Of a stretch of 64,000 nucleotides of DNA, positions 13,967-25,682 are shown in pieces. The DNA is from the human T2T-CHM13v2.0 reference genome, Homo sapiens. A program made the translations under genes and the position numbers. Where the stretch lies: assembly GCF_009914755.1 (NCBI RefSeq), contig NC_060936.1; one strand, given 5' to 3'. The notes under the pieces are model-generated. The model was given only the letters and a program-made list of their open reading frames with translations, did no database searches and was not told where the DNA came from. Each line of letters opens with the position of its first letter. Position 1 is the stretch's first letter.

Positions 13967-16501
13967 TTAAGGGTTCAGGTGTCTTGATGGTATCCAAATC
14001 GGCTGTTGATTCGGTCCTGGAGAAACACAAGCATAACCTCTACCCCAGGTTATTATTTTACCTATTTCCCAACTTTTTGTTATCAGATCTCTCCACCAAA
14101 TCAGTTGTTCTGCTTCTGTCTTTGCAACTGGTTTCTGTAGATGCTGTTCAACTGCTGATAATATCTGACCTTTGGGCAGGCTCAAAAAATTTAAAGTTAA
14201 TAGTGCTAGATTCAGTTGTATGTGTGAGGTTCCATATTCTCTGTCTCCCCCTTTCTGCCTTTGCAACTGCTGTTTTAGGGAGAGATTCATTCTTTCCACT
14301 ATGGCTTGTCCTTGAGAATTGTATGGGATACCAGTAATGTGTTTAATATTCCATGTAGAGATAAATGTAGCTAGAGCTTGGCTAGTATAGCCTAGGGCAT
14401 TATCTGTTTTACTAGAAGCTGGAATGCCCATCACCGCAAAACACTGCAAAAGATGACATTTAACACAGGCAGAAGACTCTCCTGATTGGCATGTAGCCCA
14501 GACAAAGTGGGAAAAGGTGTCCACACATACATGTACATAAGCTAGTTTCCCAAATGAGGGAACATGTGTGACATCCATTTGCCAAAGAGAGTTAGGTTCC
14601 AATCCTCAAGGATTAACTCCTCCTGTAAAAGATGAGGAATGTACCAATTTGGCAAGTTAGATATCACTGGATAATAGCTTTAGCTTCTTTCCAGTTAATG
14701 TTGTATCTGTGTTTGAGACCAGAGGCATTAACATGGGTTAAATTGTGAAAATGTCTAGCATTAGATATTGCATTAGCAACTAGGTGATCAGCCATTTGAT
14801 TCCCTTTAGTCGAAGGTCCTGGAAGAGGTGTATGAGCCCTAATGTGAGTGATGTAAAAATGATGCATTCTACTCCTAACTGCTGTTTGTAATTGGGTAAA
14901 TAAAGTCATCAGTTGTTCATCTGTATGAAATCATAACTGAGCATTTTCAATTAACTGTGTGGAAAGAAACACATATGAAGAATCAGAAATCACATTAATA
15001 GGCATATCAAAAGCAGTCAATACCTCAATTACAGCTACAAGTTCTGCTTTTTGAGCTGAAGTATAGGGCGTCTGGAAAACTTTAGTTTTCGAGCCAGAAT
15101 AAGAAGCTTTACCATTACTAGACCCATCTATAAAAACATTCTCAGCACCTTCAATTGGTTTGAATTCAGTTATTTTGGGGAGAATCCAATTAGTTAATTT
15201 CAAAAACTGAAACAGCTTCATTTTAGGAAAATGATTATTGAGAATACCCACAAAGTCAGCTAAATGGGTTTGCCAAGTAAGACTATTTATAAAAGCTTGC
15301 TGTATTTGTGCCTTCATGAGAGGGACAATAATTTTTCCAGGATCATATCCATGTAATTTAGCAATCTGAGTTCTCCCAATTCCTATCATAGTAGCAATTT
15401 GATCTAAATAAGGAGTTAGAGTCCACAAATTAGTGTGTGGAAGAAAAAGCCACTCTACTAAGTCCTGTTCTTGGACAATAACACCAGTAGGTGAATGCTG
15501 AGATGAAAAAATTAGCAAATCTAGAGTCTTCTCTGGATCTATTCTATTTATTTGAGCTTTATGGACTTGCTTTTCAATTAGTTGTAACTCTGCCTCAGCC
15601 TCATTTGTTAATTGCCGAGGGCTAGTAAGACTAGGATTTCCTCTAAGGATAGAAAACAGATTACTCATGGCATAGGTAGGAATGTCTAGAGCAGGTCATA
15701 TCCAATTAATGTACCCTAGTAACTTCTGAAAGTCATTTAACGTTTTTGGTTGATCCTTACGTATGGTTACTTTCTGTGGCACAATGGTAGTGTTATTTAC
15801 TAAGACTACTACTCCCAAGTAGGAGTAAGGAGTAATAGTCTGAGTTTTGTCAGAAGCTATAATTAAATCAGCATGATAAATCGAATTTTGCAAGTGATCA
15901 TAACACTGGAGTAATATTTCTCAAGTGGGGGCAGCACAAAGTATATCATCCATATAGTGAATATGTAACACTGTGAAAATTTTTTACGAGTAGGTTCAAT
16001 TGCTTGCCCCACATACATCTGGCAAATTGTGGGACTGTTTAACATGCCCTATGGCAACACTTCCCAATGATAACGCTTAGCAGGCTGCAGGTTGTTTACT
16101 GCAGGAATTGTAAATGCAAACCATTCACAGTCTTGCTCAGCTAAAGGGATAGTAAAGAAACAGTCTTTAAAATCTACGACTATTAAAGGCCAATTTTTTG
16201 GAATTATAGCAGGAGAAGGCAATCCTGGCTGTAATGCTCCCATAGGTTGTATAACTGAATTGATGGCTCTTAAGTCAGTTAACATTCTCCATTTACCTGA
16301 TTTTTTCTTAATTATGAAAACTGGAGAATTCCAAGGAGAAAATTTTGGAGCTATTTGCCCATTTTCTAATTGTTCAGTAACTAATTTCTCTAAAGCCTCC
16401 AGTTTCTCTTTACTTAACGGACATTGTTCCATCCAAATTGGCTTATCTGTTAACCATTTTAAAGGCATAGGTTCTGGAGGCTTAACAATGGCCACCATCA
16501 A
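13967..16501 (-). pseudogene. pol: HML-3 pol (RT-RNaseH-IN), fragmented
   Basis: [24 protein letters not shown]; [12 protein letters not shown]; YMDD codons at 15945-15956 in a shifted frame; RNase H FIDGSS/SAQKAEL/SDS; integrase WQMDVTH, KTDN, IVER. Split by stops and frameshifts. Confidence 0.95.
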
Positions 16502-17420
16502 AAATTGTTTCCTAATCTTTGGCGGGAACTTTGTCTTTCCACTTGAAGCGGTTTTTTCAAACCTTGCAAATTTTTTTCTAGTCCCATACCAGGGACGTAC
16601 CCTATTTCATGCATCATATGTTGACTTTGAGGGTTATACAATTGTTCTGGAATTAGAACTTGTGCTCCCCATTGTTGTAATAAATCTCTTCCCCATAAAT
16701 TTATAGGTACAGAAATTATAATTGGTTGAATAGTCCCAGGTTGTCCATTGAGCCCTTCACAATGCAAAATATAACTACTTTGATACACTTCAGGGGCTTT
16801 ACCAGCTCCAACTATGTTAAATTGAGTGGGTTGAATTGGCCACATGGATGGCATGTGCTGTAGGGAAATGATTGAAATGTCCACTCCTGTATCTATCAAA
16901 CCTATAAATTTCTTTCCTTGAATAGTTATTTCACAGGTAGGACGTTTATCAGTAATTTGATTTACCCAATAAGCTGCTTTGCCTTGTTTATTTGTGCTTC
17001 CAAATCCTCCTGTTGGTTTAATTTCACTTTTTCCCATTCCTACTTACGGCACAATCAGGAGCTGTGCTATGCACTCTCTTGGCTCTGCTTTCCAGGGAAC
17101 AGAAGTAGATAGAACAATTTGAATTTCCCCATTGTAATCTGAATCAATGACTCCTGTATGTATTTGTACACCTTTTAAACTTAAACTAGACCTTCCTAAA
17201 AGTAATCCTATTGTCCCTGCTGGCAAGGGTCCACAGACTCCTGTTGGGACCTTTTGCGTGGTTCCCCAGGCAGAAGGCTTACAGCTTTTGTGCAGCATAA
17301 ATCTACTGCGGCACCACCGGCTGTGGTGGGGGACAGACATTGTACGGGGGTGAGGGAATGGCCTGAGCTGGAAATGCCGCAGTTTAGAACAGGGCCCAGG
17401 ATGGGCCCCTCATGGCATTT
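16498..17420 (-). pseudogene. pro: HML-3 pro: dUTPase + aspartic protease + G-patch
   Basis: GLLLGRSSL, TGVIDSDYNGEI and GGFGST (dUTPase); LIDTGVD and WGRDLL (protease); [19 protein letters not shown] (G-patch). Stop at 17044-17046. Confidence 0.92.
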
Positions 17421-18702
17421 CCTGAAATTGGGTTCCCTTCTTTATCAAACTTAGAGTGACACTGATTAGCCCAATGTTTTCCTTTTTTACATTTTGGACA
17501 TGTTTCAGGATCAGCAGTTTTCTTTTTTCCCCCATCTGGCGGCCTGACTGGCTGATTTTTTTCTACATTCTTTTTTAGTGTGACCCTGCTTCCCACAGTT
17601 AAAACAAGCTCCAGGAAATGGAGTATTTCCTTTGTCCACTCTCAGTCCTGCCATTGCCTGTGCTAGCAGAGTAGCTTTATGCAGATTACCTCCGATACCA
17701 TCATAGGCCTTGATATAATCAAGTAAATGTGCTTTCCCTCTGATAGGTCACAGAGCAGCCTGGCAATCGGGATTAGCATTGTCAAAAGCTAATAACTGCA
17801 ACACTATATCCTGAGCAGCTGAATCTGCAATCATCTTTTTAAGAGACTCCCATAACTGAGCTACTAAATCAATGTATGGTTCTCTTGGTCCCTGTTTTAT
17901 AGCACTAAAGGAAGGGTATTGTTTCCCACTTGAAGTGATTTTTTTCCCAAGCTCTAATGCACACTCCTCTAAGCTATTCTATGGCATCATCCTGCATGAC
18001 CAGTTGTGCATCTAAACCAGCCCAGCTGCCAACCCCCAAAAGTTGGTCTGCAGTTATATTAATTTGAGTTTGGGTCTGGGTATTGGGAGCAGCCTGAATG
18101 GAAGCTTCATCTGCCCACCAGGTTTTAAATTGTAAGAACTAAGCAGGAGTTAGACAAGCTCGAGTAAGAGTGTCCCAGTCAGTAGGAACCATCCTACTGG
18201 AAACAGCAAAATTCTTTAACAGTCCCATTATAAAAGGAGAACCTGGTCCATACTGATTTATAGCTTGTTGAAATTCTTTGAGGAATTTAAAAGGAAAAGG
18301 ATCAAATGTAGCTATAATATTTCCCTGTTGATCTGGGGGATGTATTCTAACAGGGAACTGCCAAGCCTCTAAATCACCCTCTTGTCTAGCTTGCTGAATT
18401 CCTGCCTGAATAGAACTAAGAGTGGTCATTCGAGGTGCTGCTTGAACAGTCACTGGGGCAACTACTTTTCTCCCAGTGTCCTCTGGTAAAGAAAAATCTG
18501 GAGGGTCTTTTTCTTCAAAATAATAAGAAGGGGGTGTAGAAGGGTTGGGATGAACCTCTCCTTCCTTTGCTGCTTTAGCTTTAGCTGGTAAATAAACATG
18601 CTTTGTAACCTCTTCTGTTACTTCGTTATATTCTCGTTCCTCCTCATTATCAGTGTGAAAAAGTTCCAAGGTGAAATGAACCAGACCCCACACCTGTCCC
18701 AT
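17300..18702 (-). pseudogene. gag: HML-3 gag remnant
   Basis: MGQ start, EAWQFPV and QYGPGSPF capsid motifs, zinc knuckle [14 protein letters not shown]. Stop at 18139-18141 and a frameshift. 3' end approximate. Confidence 0.88.
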
Positions 18703-18830
18703 TGTTATCCTGATGCTTCTGAGCTCCTCTTCTTACTCACCATGGGGATTGCTTTAAGAGTACTTGGGTGTCCTCCAGTTAGTTTTTTGTTCCAGCCATC
18801 ACTCTGGTGACCCTTCGACCTGGATTTGAG

Positions 18831-18848
18831 CCCCCATGATGGATGCCA
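18831..18848 (-). promoter_or_regulatory. Primer-binding site of HML-3 (tRNA-Lys-like, decayed)
   Basis: TGGCATCCATCATGGGGG, 2 nt after the 5' LTR, resembles TGGCGCCCAACGTGGGGC with CpG decay. Confidence 0.7.
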
Positions 18849-18850
18849 CT

Positions 18851-19363
18851 TGCCGAGACCAGCTCGGCTGGGGAGACCCTAACCCAGCAGCGCAAGAGGA
18901 ATTAAATACACACACACAGAAATATAGAGGTGTGAAGGGGGAAATCAGGGGTCTCACAGTCTTCAGAGCAGAGAGCCCTGAACAGAGATTTACCCACGTA
19001 TTTATTAACAGCAAACCAGTCATTAGCATTGTTTCTATAAACATTAAATTAACTAAAAGTATCCCTTTTGGGAAATGAAGGGATGGGCTGAATTAAAGGA
19101 ATAGGTTGGGCTAGTTAACTGCAGCAGGAGCATGTCCTTAAGGCACAGATCATTTATGCTATTGTTTGTGGTTTAAGAATGCCTTTAAGTGGTTTTCTGC
19201 CCTGGGCAGGCCAGGTGTTCCTTGCCCTCATTCCCATAAACCTACAACCTTCCAGCATGGGCATTAGGGCCATTATGAACATGTTACAGTGCTGCAGAGA
19301 TTTTGTTTATGGCCAGTTTCGGGGCCAGTTTATGGCCAGATTTTGGGGGGCCTGCTCCCAACA
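18851..19363 (-). mobile_element. MER9 5' LTR
   Basis: Colinear with 12446-12958, no indels, about 37 mismatches by manual count. Confidence 0.95.
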
Positions 19364-19479
19364 GTATATTTTATGCATATGAACTCCATTAGTCTGGTTC
19401 TCTGAAAAACCCTGACTAATACAATGTGTTTTACAGATGTATGTTTAAAATAATGATGATAATGATAAGATTAGAAGAA

Positions 19480-19662
19480 TAATAAGTAATATTAATTGAG
19501 CACTTATGTGTTAGGGACACTGTAAGTGGTTTATAAAGATTAATACAACAATCTTATGAGGAAACTGAGGCATAGAGATGTTAAGTGACTCGCTCAAGGT
19601 TTTATATCTGAAAAAAGGCAGAGCCAGGATTTGAACCCAGGCATTTTGACTTTAGAGTTCTT
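19480..19662 (-). mobile_element. MIR
   Basis: ATGAGGAAACTGAGGCATAGAGATGTTAAGTGACTCGCTCAAGGT...GGCAGAGCCAGGATTTGAACCCAGG. Confidence 0.85.
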
Positions 19663-22099
19663 GGCCTCCAGAAACCTATAATCTCATTCATTTTTCTACA
19701 TGCTTCATTACTAAACATAACCTCTCTCTCCCCCAACACCCCCCACCTTATATAAATCCATGAAATAGCATGTCCTTAGGATTTATATAGCCATATTAAT
19801 TTGGAATTTCATTATTGTCAATAAGACCAGTCTGTAAATGCTTTCTGGCCTGGACTTTCACTAACTCTGCTCCCTCCTTTCTTGAACCAATTAGGGCACC
19901 AACCCAGAGACTTGTAAATCATATTTTATCTGCATCAACTTTGCTTTTTTCTCTCTTACCTTGTTTAAGCTGTGTCTCTCCCCATTATGCATCGGTGGCT
20001 TTAGGCTAACCTTCATGGGAATGTATTCAGAACATAAAACATCCAGCAGACCTCCTTGTCAGCAAGGGCTTGTCCAAATGCTTGCAGGGGCTTCCCCACC
20101 ACTAGACACCCTGTCCTCACAACACCCATTCAGCTGTTGGCTAACTATGCCTTACAGACTCTGTTCTTGACCCATTCCCAGATGCTTCTGACCAGTCCTT
20201 TTCATTTTATTTGTATATTTGTATAATGCAGTGAAGCATATCCTTGCTGGGACTGCAGAGCAAATTGGTGGCATGCCTTCTGAGGTTCCAAGGTTGTCAT
20301 GGGCATGATAGCAATACCCTACTCTAACTAAAAGTCAGTTCTAAACTCCTCAGGGAGCTCCTGAGGGTGCATGTTCTTCATTCTTTTGGATACTCAGCAG
20401 ACAACTAGCATGTCCTGAGGTGCCCTAATAACAAAAGCTCATTCCCTCCACATACCAGGGGGAGAAGATGACTAGGTTGGCTTTATTTCCTTAGTGACCT
20501 GCTGAAATCTCTCTCCGATTGAAAGCCATCTTTTTCATAACACTGAAAAGATGTAACATTATCTTAATCATTCCCAAATGAATCCTGAAAAATATTTGGA
20601 AACATTACACTTAAACAAAATCATTTCAGCATTACTAGAAAGTTTCAGCCATTTGCTATAAACTTGTACTTTCAAGTGGCCACCATGTGGTCTGTTTTTT
20701 GAACATCCAGTTCTTTCTTTTTTATAGAATTTACACCCCTGACACTTGTTTTAAGACCTAAGAAAACCTTTAGTACTTAGCAGAAGTAGAACCTGACATG
20801 GTCATAAAGAAGATATATTTGATTTTACTCCTTGAAGCCATTAAAAAAAAAAAAGACACAGAATACTGTCTGTAAGAAAACTAAAATGGCAGCTGCAGCT
20901 TCTTCTCAGAAGTCTCTGGGAGGAGTCATCTAAGGTCACTCATTCTCCTGGGTTCCAGGAAAGTCATTTACTCTCCTCCCAACCCCCCATCTAAAGCATA
21001 GATTATTGGCAAGACAGAGATCCAACTCTCAATAGAGCCTGTCTTGATTGAGGAAGTTAACACTTGAGAAAAGTATTCTGTCTTCTTAACAGGGCTCTTG
21101 AAGGATCCTTGCCAAACAGAACCCCTAAAGATAGAAAAAAATAAAAAGAAAAAGTCATTTTTCTAGGACTTAGGAATTAGTCACCAACTTGCATTAGCAA
21201 GAGGAGCTGTAAAGAATTCCATCAAATAATGCGGTTTGAAAGGCCTAATTTAAATGAAAATAACTAATTTCAAAATAAGAATCAAGGCAGAAGTTGAGGA
21301 GAAGATTCAGGTGCCAGGGAGAGATGGAAATTTACATTGGCGGAATTCATAGTTCACTCTTGGGCAGAGGAACTACCACATTGGAGTCTAGTGCCTGTGA
21401 GTTAATAAACAAATACTGCTAAGAGGGCTGACACTCTTTGGAGAACATAAGGACAGCCTCTTAGTTCCAATCTATTTAGGTGAAGTAGTTTAGTATTACA
21501 TTGAGGGAAGGCATTGAGGTATCATTAGCAGAATCCTCCTTCCAGTATGGTTTTTAGCTTCTTTGGGTTTTGAGAAGAGTTTAGGCAAAAAAGAAGGGAT
21601 AGGAAATCAATACTGAATAATACACATATCTTTACTTCACACAGCCTCTGCTGTGGCTTGATTTTTTGGTACCTAGCAGAATGACTTGCACAAAAGAAAT
21701 GCTCAATACCTCTTCAATGTTAAAGGAATTAACTAGTTAATTAAAATAATTAATTAATTTTGTGTTTATATAGGCCCACGCATTGACCAAAGGTGTTTCA
21801 GTGCAATTTTATTCCTTCCAGAGGAGTTAAAAATGAGGAAATATAAGAGAAAGAGTGAGCTAATTTGAACTGGTGATATCTAGCATTTTATAAACACTGT
21901 CTTTCTTTACAGATAGTGAATTTAGCAGTCCAAAGAAGAAAACAGCTGCTTACCATGAAATGAAACAAAGGCAATTAAGACTATAATGGGGTGTTAACAT
22001 TGAAGTTATAAGCAGGCTCCAAAATACAATTGATTGAAAATTCAAAAAAGGAGTCCCTGATTGCCAGTTGCATATTTATAAAGGAAATGAGCCTGAGGA

Positions 22100-22986
22100 A
22101 CTGCTTGATAAATGTTTGACCCCCTCAGGCAGGTAAGACTATAAAAAGGGAGAGGTGCGAGGTGATTTTCTATTTCTTCACTTCTTGTGTAGTGAGAGGA
22201 GATTTTGAGGAAGCCACTATGTGGTTGGGTACAGGGTCTGACCGCTGTCTGGGGAATCTACAAAAAAAGAGGAGGGCTGCCCAATGTTTTGGTGCTGTTA
22301 TCAGAAGAAAATTTCTCTACTGGGGTTGGACTGTGTTCCCAAGGCATGTTGGAGCAAGGAATACAAAATGACTTCCTAAGGACCATACATGTGCTACCAG
22401 GAGACAGAGTCAGAGATGGATCATTTTTGATTTTGGGAGTGCAAAGGGATCCCAGCAGCAAGAATCTGTAGGTGAACACCTTGGATAAGGAAGGAATCAA
22501 GAGCAACCATTAAAGAGAAATGTATCCACATCTGCCTGAATCAAGGGACCTGAAGTTGGGAGGGACTCCGTGCAGAACCGTCAGACACTCCCATCAAAAC
22601 ACCACTGAGGAGATATAATGGGCCAGGTCCAGAGAACAGGCAGGCTCTGAGATTCCATTAAGACCTTCCTTTACTATTCCCTTCTAACCTTGGAGAGGTC
22701 AGAAACTTTTGGCTACCTAGGGAGGGAGTAGAGAAGAGAAGCATAAGGTAGAAAATATATAGCAGAAATCAACAAAGATTCCCCTTTTCCTCTGCAGTTC
22801 TGCAACCTGAAATATACTCAAACTAAGGAGAAAAGAAGAATTAACTCTAAGTCATCTTGGGATTTTTAAATGATATCTTGGATTGACATTAAACTTTCTG
22901 AACTGAGACTATTTGCAACTTAAAGTAATTGTACAACTGTCCACTACCTAAGCATGTGTGGAAAGGTCATGGGGCATGCCCACAGG
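22100..22986 (+). mobile_element. Possible ancient Gypsy-type LTR (MamGypLTR/LTR85-like)
   Basis: GAACTGAGACTATTTGCAACTTAAAGT...TACCTAAG...GAAAGGTCATGGGGCATGCCC resembles the recalled 3' part of these LTRs. 5' boundary uncertain. Confidence 0.4.
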
Positions 22987-23140
22987 CATATCTTGGTTTC
23001 TGGGGAAACTAAGAAAAAAATAAAAATTGTGATTATAGAAAAAAATCACAACAAATTACAGATTTTAAAAAGCTGATAAAGACCATAAATATCACAAAAT
23101 AAAAATTTTAATTGGCTGCACATTGATATAGCTTTTCTCC

Positions 23141-23268
23141 TTTTTTCTTTCTTTCTTTCTTTTTTTTTTTTTTAGACACAGGGTCTTGCTCTATGGCTAG
23201 TTACATGATCCTAGCCTATTGCAGCTTTGACCTCTCAGGCCCAAATGATCCTTCCACCTCAGCCTCCC
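23141..23268 (-). mobile_element. Old Alu fragment (AluJ right arm or free monomer)
   Basis: Poly-T, then AGACACAGGGTCTTGCTCT...GATCCTTCCACCTCAGCCTCCC. Confidence 0.8.
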
Positions 23269-23329
23269 TATTATAATTTTTCTAACTACATTTTTGATAA
23301 CATATTCCTTGATTACTTCTTCATATGAC

Positions 23330-24018
23330 TGTAAGCACCTGAGGGTTTCACCTTGCCTGCTGCCTAGACAGAGCCCATTCATCAAGACAAGGGAATTGCA
23401 AGAGAAAGAGTAATTCATGCAGATCTGGCTGTGTGGGAGACTGGAATTTTATTATTACTCAAATCAGTCTCCTCAACCATTGGAGAGCAGAGTTTTTAAG
23501 GATAACTTGGGGGTGGGGGGAAGCCAGTGAGCCAGGAGTGCTGATTGGTCAGGGGTGAAATCATAGGGAGTTGAAGTTATCTTCTTGTGCTGAGTCAGTT
23601 CCTGGGGAGGGGGCCACAAGATCAGATGAGTCAGTTTATTAATCTGGGTGGTGCCAGCTGCTCCATCACATGCAGAGTCTGCAAAGTATCTCAAGCACTG
23701 ATCTTAGGAGCAGTTTAGGGAGGGTCAGAATCTTGCAGCCTCCAGCTGCATGACTCCTAAACCATTATTTCTAATCTTGTCATTAATGTTAGTCCTAAAA
23801 AGGCAATCTAGTCCCCAGGCAAGAAGGAGGTCTGCTTTGAGAAAGGGCTGTTACCATCTTTGTTTAAACTATAAACTATAAAACTAAGTTTCTCCAAAAG
23901 TTAGTTCAGCCTATGCCCAGGAATGAACAAAGACAGGTTGGTGGTTAGAAGCAAAATGGAGTCAGTTAAGTTAGATCTCTTTCAATGTATCAGTCATACT
24001 TTTGCAAAGGTGGTTTCA
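23330..24018 (-). mobile_element. LTR8-family solo LTR (ERV1)
   Basis: Minus strand starts TGAAACCACCTTTGCAAAAGTATGACTGA...GAAAGAGATCTAACTTAACTGACTCCAT. Perfect 4-bp TSD TGAC (23326-23329, 24019-24022). Confidence 0.9.
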
Positions 24019-25078
24019 TGACCGTGGTTTAATAATATCATCTTCTGTAAAGAGAATAGAAAAAATATTGTCTTTTAGTTGCTCAAACTTTTTAAAATAG
24101 TGTCAGTATAGGTTTACACCCTATAAACATGGGTATAATGATAAATTTTATTTCATTTTTTATCCTATTAAAGACAGAAAAATAATAAATGCACCTGGCA
24201 TTCACAATTATATAGACTGCATTTTCAAGTTTGTTGTACATAGGCATCTATGAGAACTGTATCCTCTGCTTTCACAGTCTTATGTGTATGATTATCAGAA
24301 AAGTTTCAACAGACTAGTTCTAGTTCTACACAGTTCAAACCTGGCTTTTCTTCTACTACTCATATGCTTATGGAGCCAGGCACCATTGGATATGCTTATA
24401 GCTAGATATGGCCTCTGGTTTGTCATGACATCAGTGAGCTGGCCAGATAAGCAATAGGAGCAAAATTTAGATACACTCCTGTTTTCATGGAGCTTCCAGC
24501 CTGCTAGAGAGAAACAGGTGATAATCAATTAAACACCCCAAAAACATGTGAGATAAGTGTTTGGGAAGAAAACCATTGCTGTTTAAGAGCACATAAGTTA
24601 GGAGCCTCACTAATAAATATTTTATAATGGGTAATGGAGTAAGTATGAAACAGAGGCCCAGGTAATGTGACTTTGAGTCAGAGGAAACCTGTCTAACACC
24701 ATCTTAAAGCCCTCAATTGAATAACAGAGCCATTTCCTCATTCCTGAATCTTATTTCCCACTGTGTACTTTGTACTTAGTTTTGGGCTTTCTGCTTAGTC
24801 CTTGTTCTCAGGTTCTTTTCACGACTACTGTGTCCTACTCTTTATTGTTTTCCTGGAGTATGTTGGGAAACTTTCAGAGAAAGAGTTCAGTAATCCTTGA
24901 GTCTCAAGAGACTTTATTGAACTCAAGCTTCCTCTTAGTATCTTAGAGCCTATTATACATAGGTTGGGCTTCTTTACAAATTGAACAATCTTTCACAACC
25001 ACCTTCTGATTTTACACCCTATCCCATCAGCATAACAATTCTCTCCTCATGGTATACAGTGAGGGAGATCATTATTGT

Positions 25079-25682
25079 TGTAAGACCAACAGGTTTATAT
25101 GCCCATTGTGTAGTCACAGACCCATTACACTGAGGCAGCAGAGTTTGCAGCAGAGAAAGAGTTTGATTGCAGGGTACTGAGTAACGAGATTCTCAAATCC
25201 ATCTCCCCAAGGACTTCTGTGCTGGGGTTAATAAAGGGATCATGGAGAGCAAGGGGCTAGAGAGTTGGGGTGATTGATTGGTAGGGGTAAGAGGAATAAA
25301 ATCATCAGGATATGGAAACTGCATTCTTCAGTGAGTCAGTTTCTTGTGGGGTCCTTCAGACCACCTGGTGTCAGTGAGGTTCTTCAGACCAACTGAGCTG
25401 GTAGTTTCATTGGTATGCAGGACCTGAAGGAATATCTCAAAGGGAAAACTTAACCTATCACACTGTTTTGTTATCCATGAGGAGTTAAGGGGGACTATTA
25501 ATATAATTTTGAAATGTGATATAATTCCAGGACAATAGACACCAAACAACTATGAGGAAGCAGGTTAGAGAGTGAGCTGACTTAACTGTAAATGCCAGAT
25601 ATGCTGCAAGCTTGGTGTATTTTTATTTCTCCCTCTCCCTTCTTCCGTGATTAATTTTATAAGGTTTGTAGAGGCAGTTTCG
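25079..25682 (-). mobile_element. ERV1 solo LTR (LTR29/LTR49-like)
   Basis: Minus strand (C)GAAACTGCCTCTACAAACCTTATAAAATTAATCACGGAAGAAGGGAG...GGTCTTACA. Flanks TTGT/TTAT. Confidence 0.75.

Larger units (their letters stand above)
12446..19363 (-). mobile_element. HERV-K(HML-3)/HERVK9 provirus with two MER9 LTRs
   Basis: 513-bp LTRs with TG...CA ends, 6-bp TSD GTATAT (12440-12445, 19364-19369), PBS, PPT and betaretroviral gag-pro-pol-env remnants. Confidence 0.95.
4434..19423 (+). mobile_element. ERV-L (HERV-L-like) provirus with MLT2 LTRs, carrying nested insertions
   Basis: 5' LTR 4434-4981, internal gag-pol-dUTPase 4982-11966, 3' LTR split into 11967-12445 and 19364-19423. 5-bp TSD ATGTG at 4429-4433 and 19424-19428. 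Confidence 0.92.
22990..24420. mobile_element. hAT-Tip100 DNA transposon (Arthur1-like), split by an Alu fragment and LTR8
   Basis: ACAAATTACAGATTTTAAAAGCTGATAAAGACCATAAATATCACAAAAT...CTTCATATGAC|...AATATCATCTTCTGTAAAGAGAATAGAAA is continuous across the LTR8. Confidence 0.6.

Noticed and set aside
13777-14337. 186-aa + strand ORF
   Set aside because: Antisense to HML-3 integrase, non-ATG start, no domain.
16092-16706. 204-aa + strand ORF
   Set aside because: Antisense shadow of HML-3 RT/pro, non-ATG start, no recognisable domain.
12446-19363. HML-2 or replication-competent HERV-K
   Set aside because: LTRs are 513-bp MER9 type, not ~970-bp LTR5, and all genes are disrupted.
19700-21500. Repeat-poor stretch as a gene or promoter (YY1-like AAAATGGC and CAGCTG near 20885)
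   Set aside because: No CpG island, ORF or exon structure; the motifs are short enough to occur by chance.
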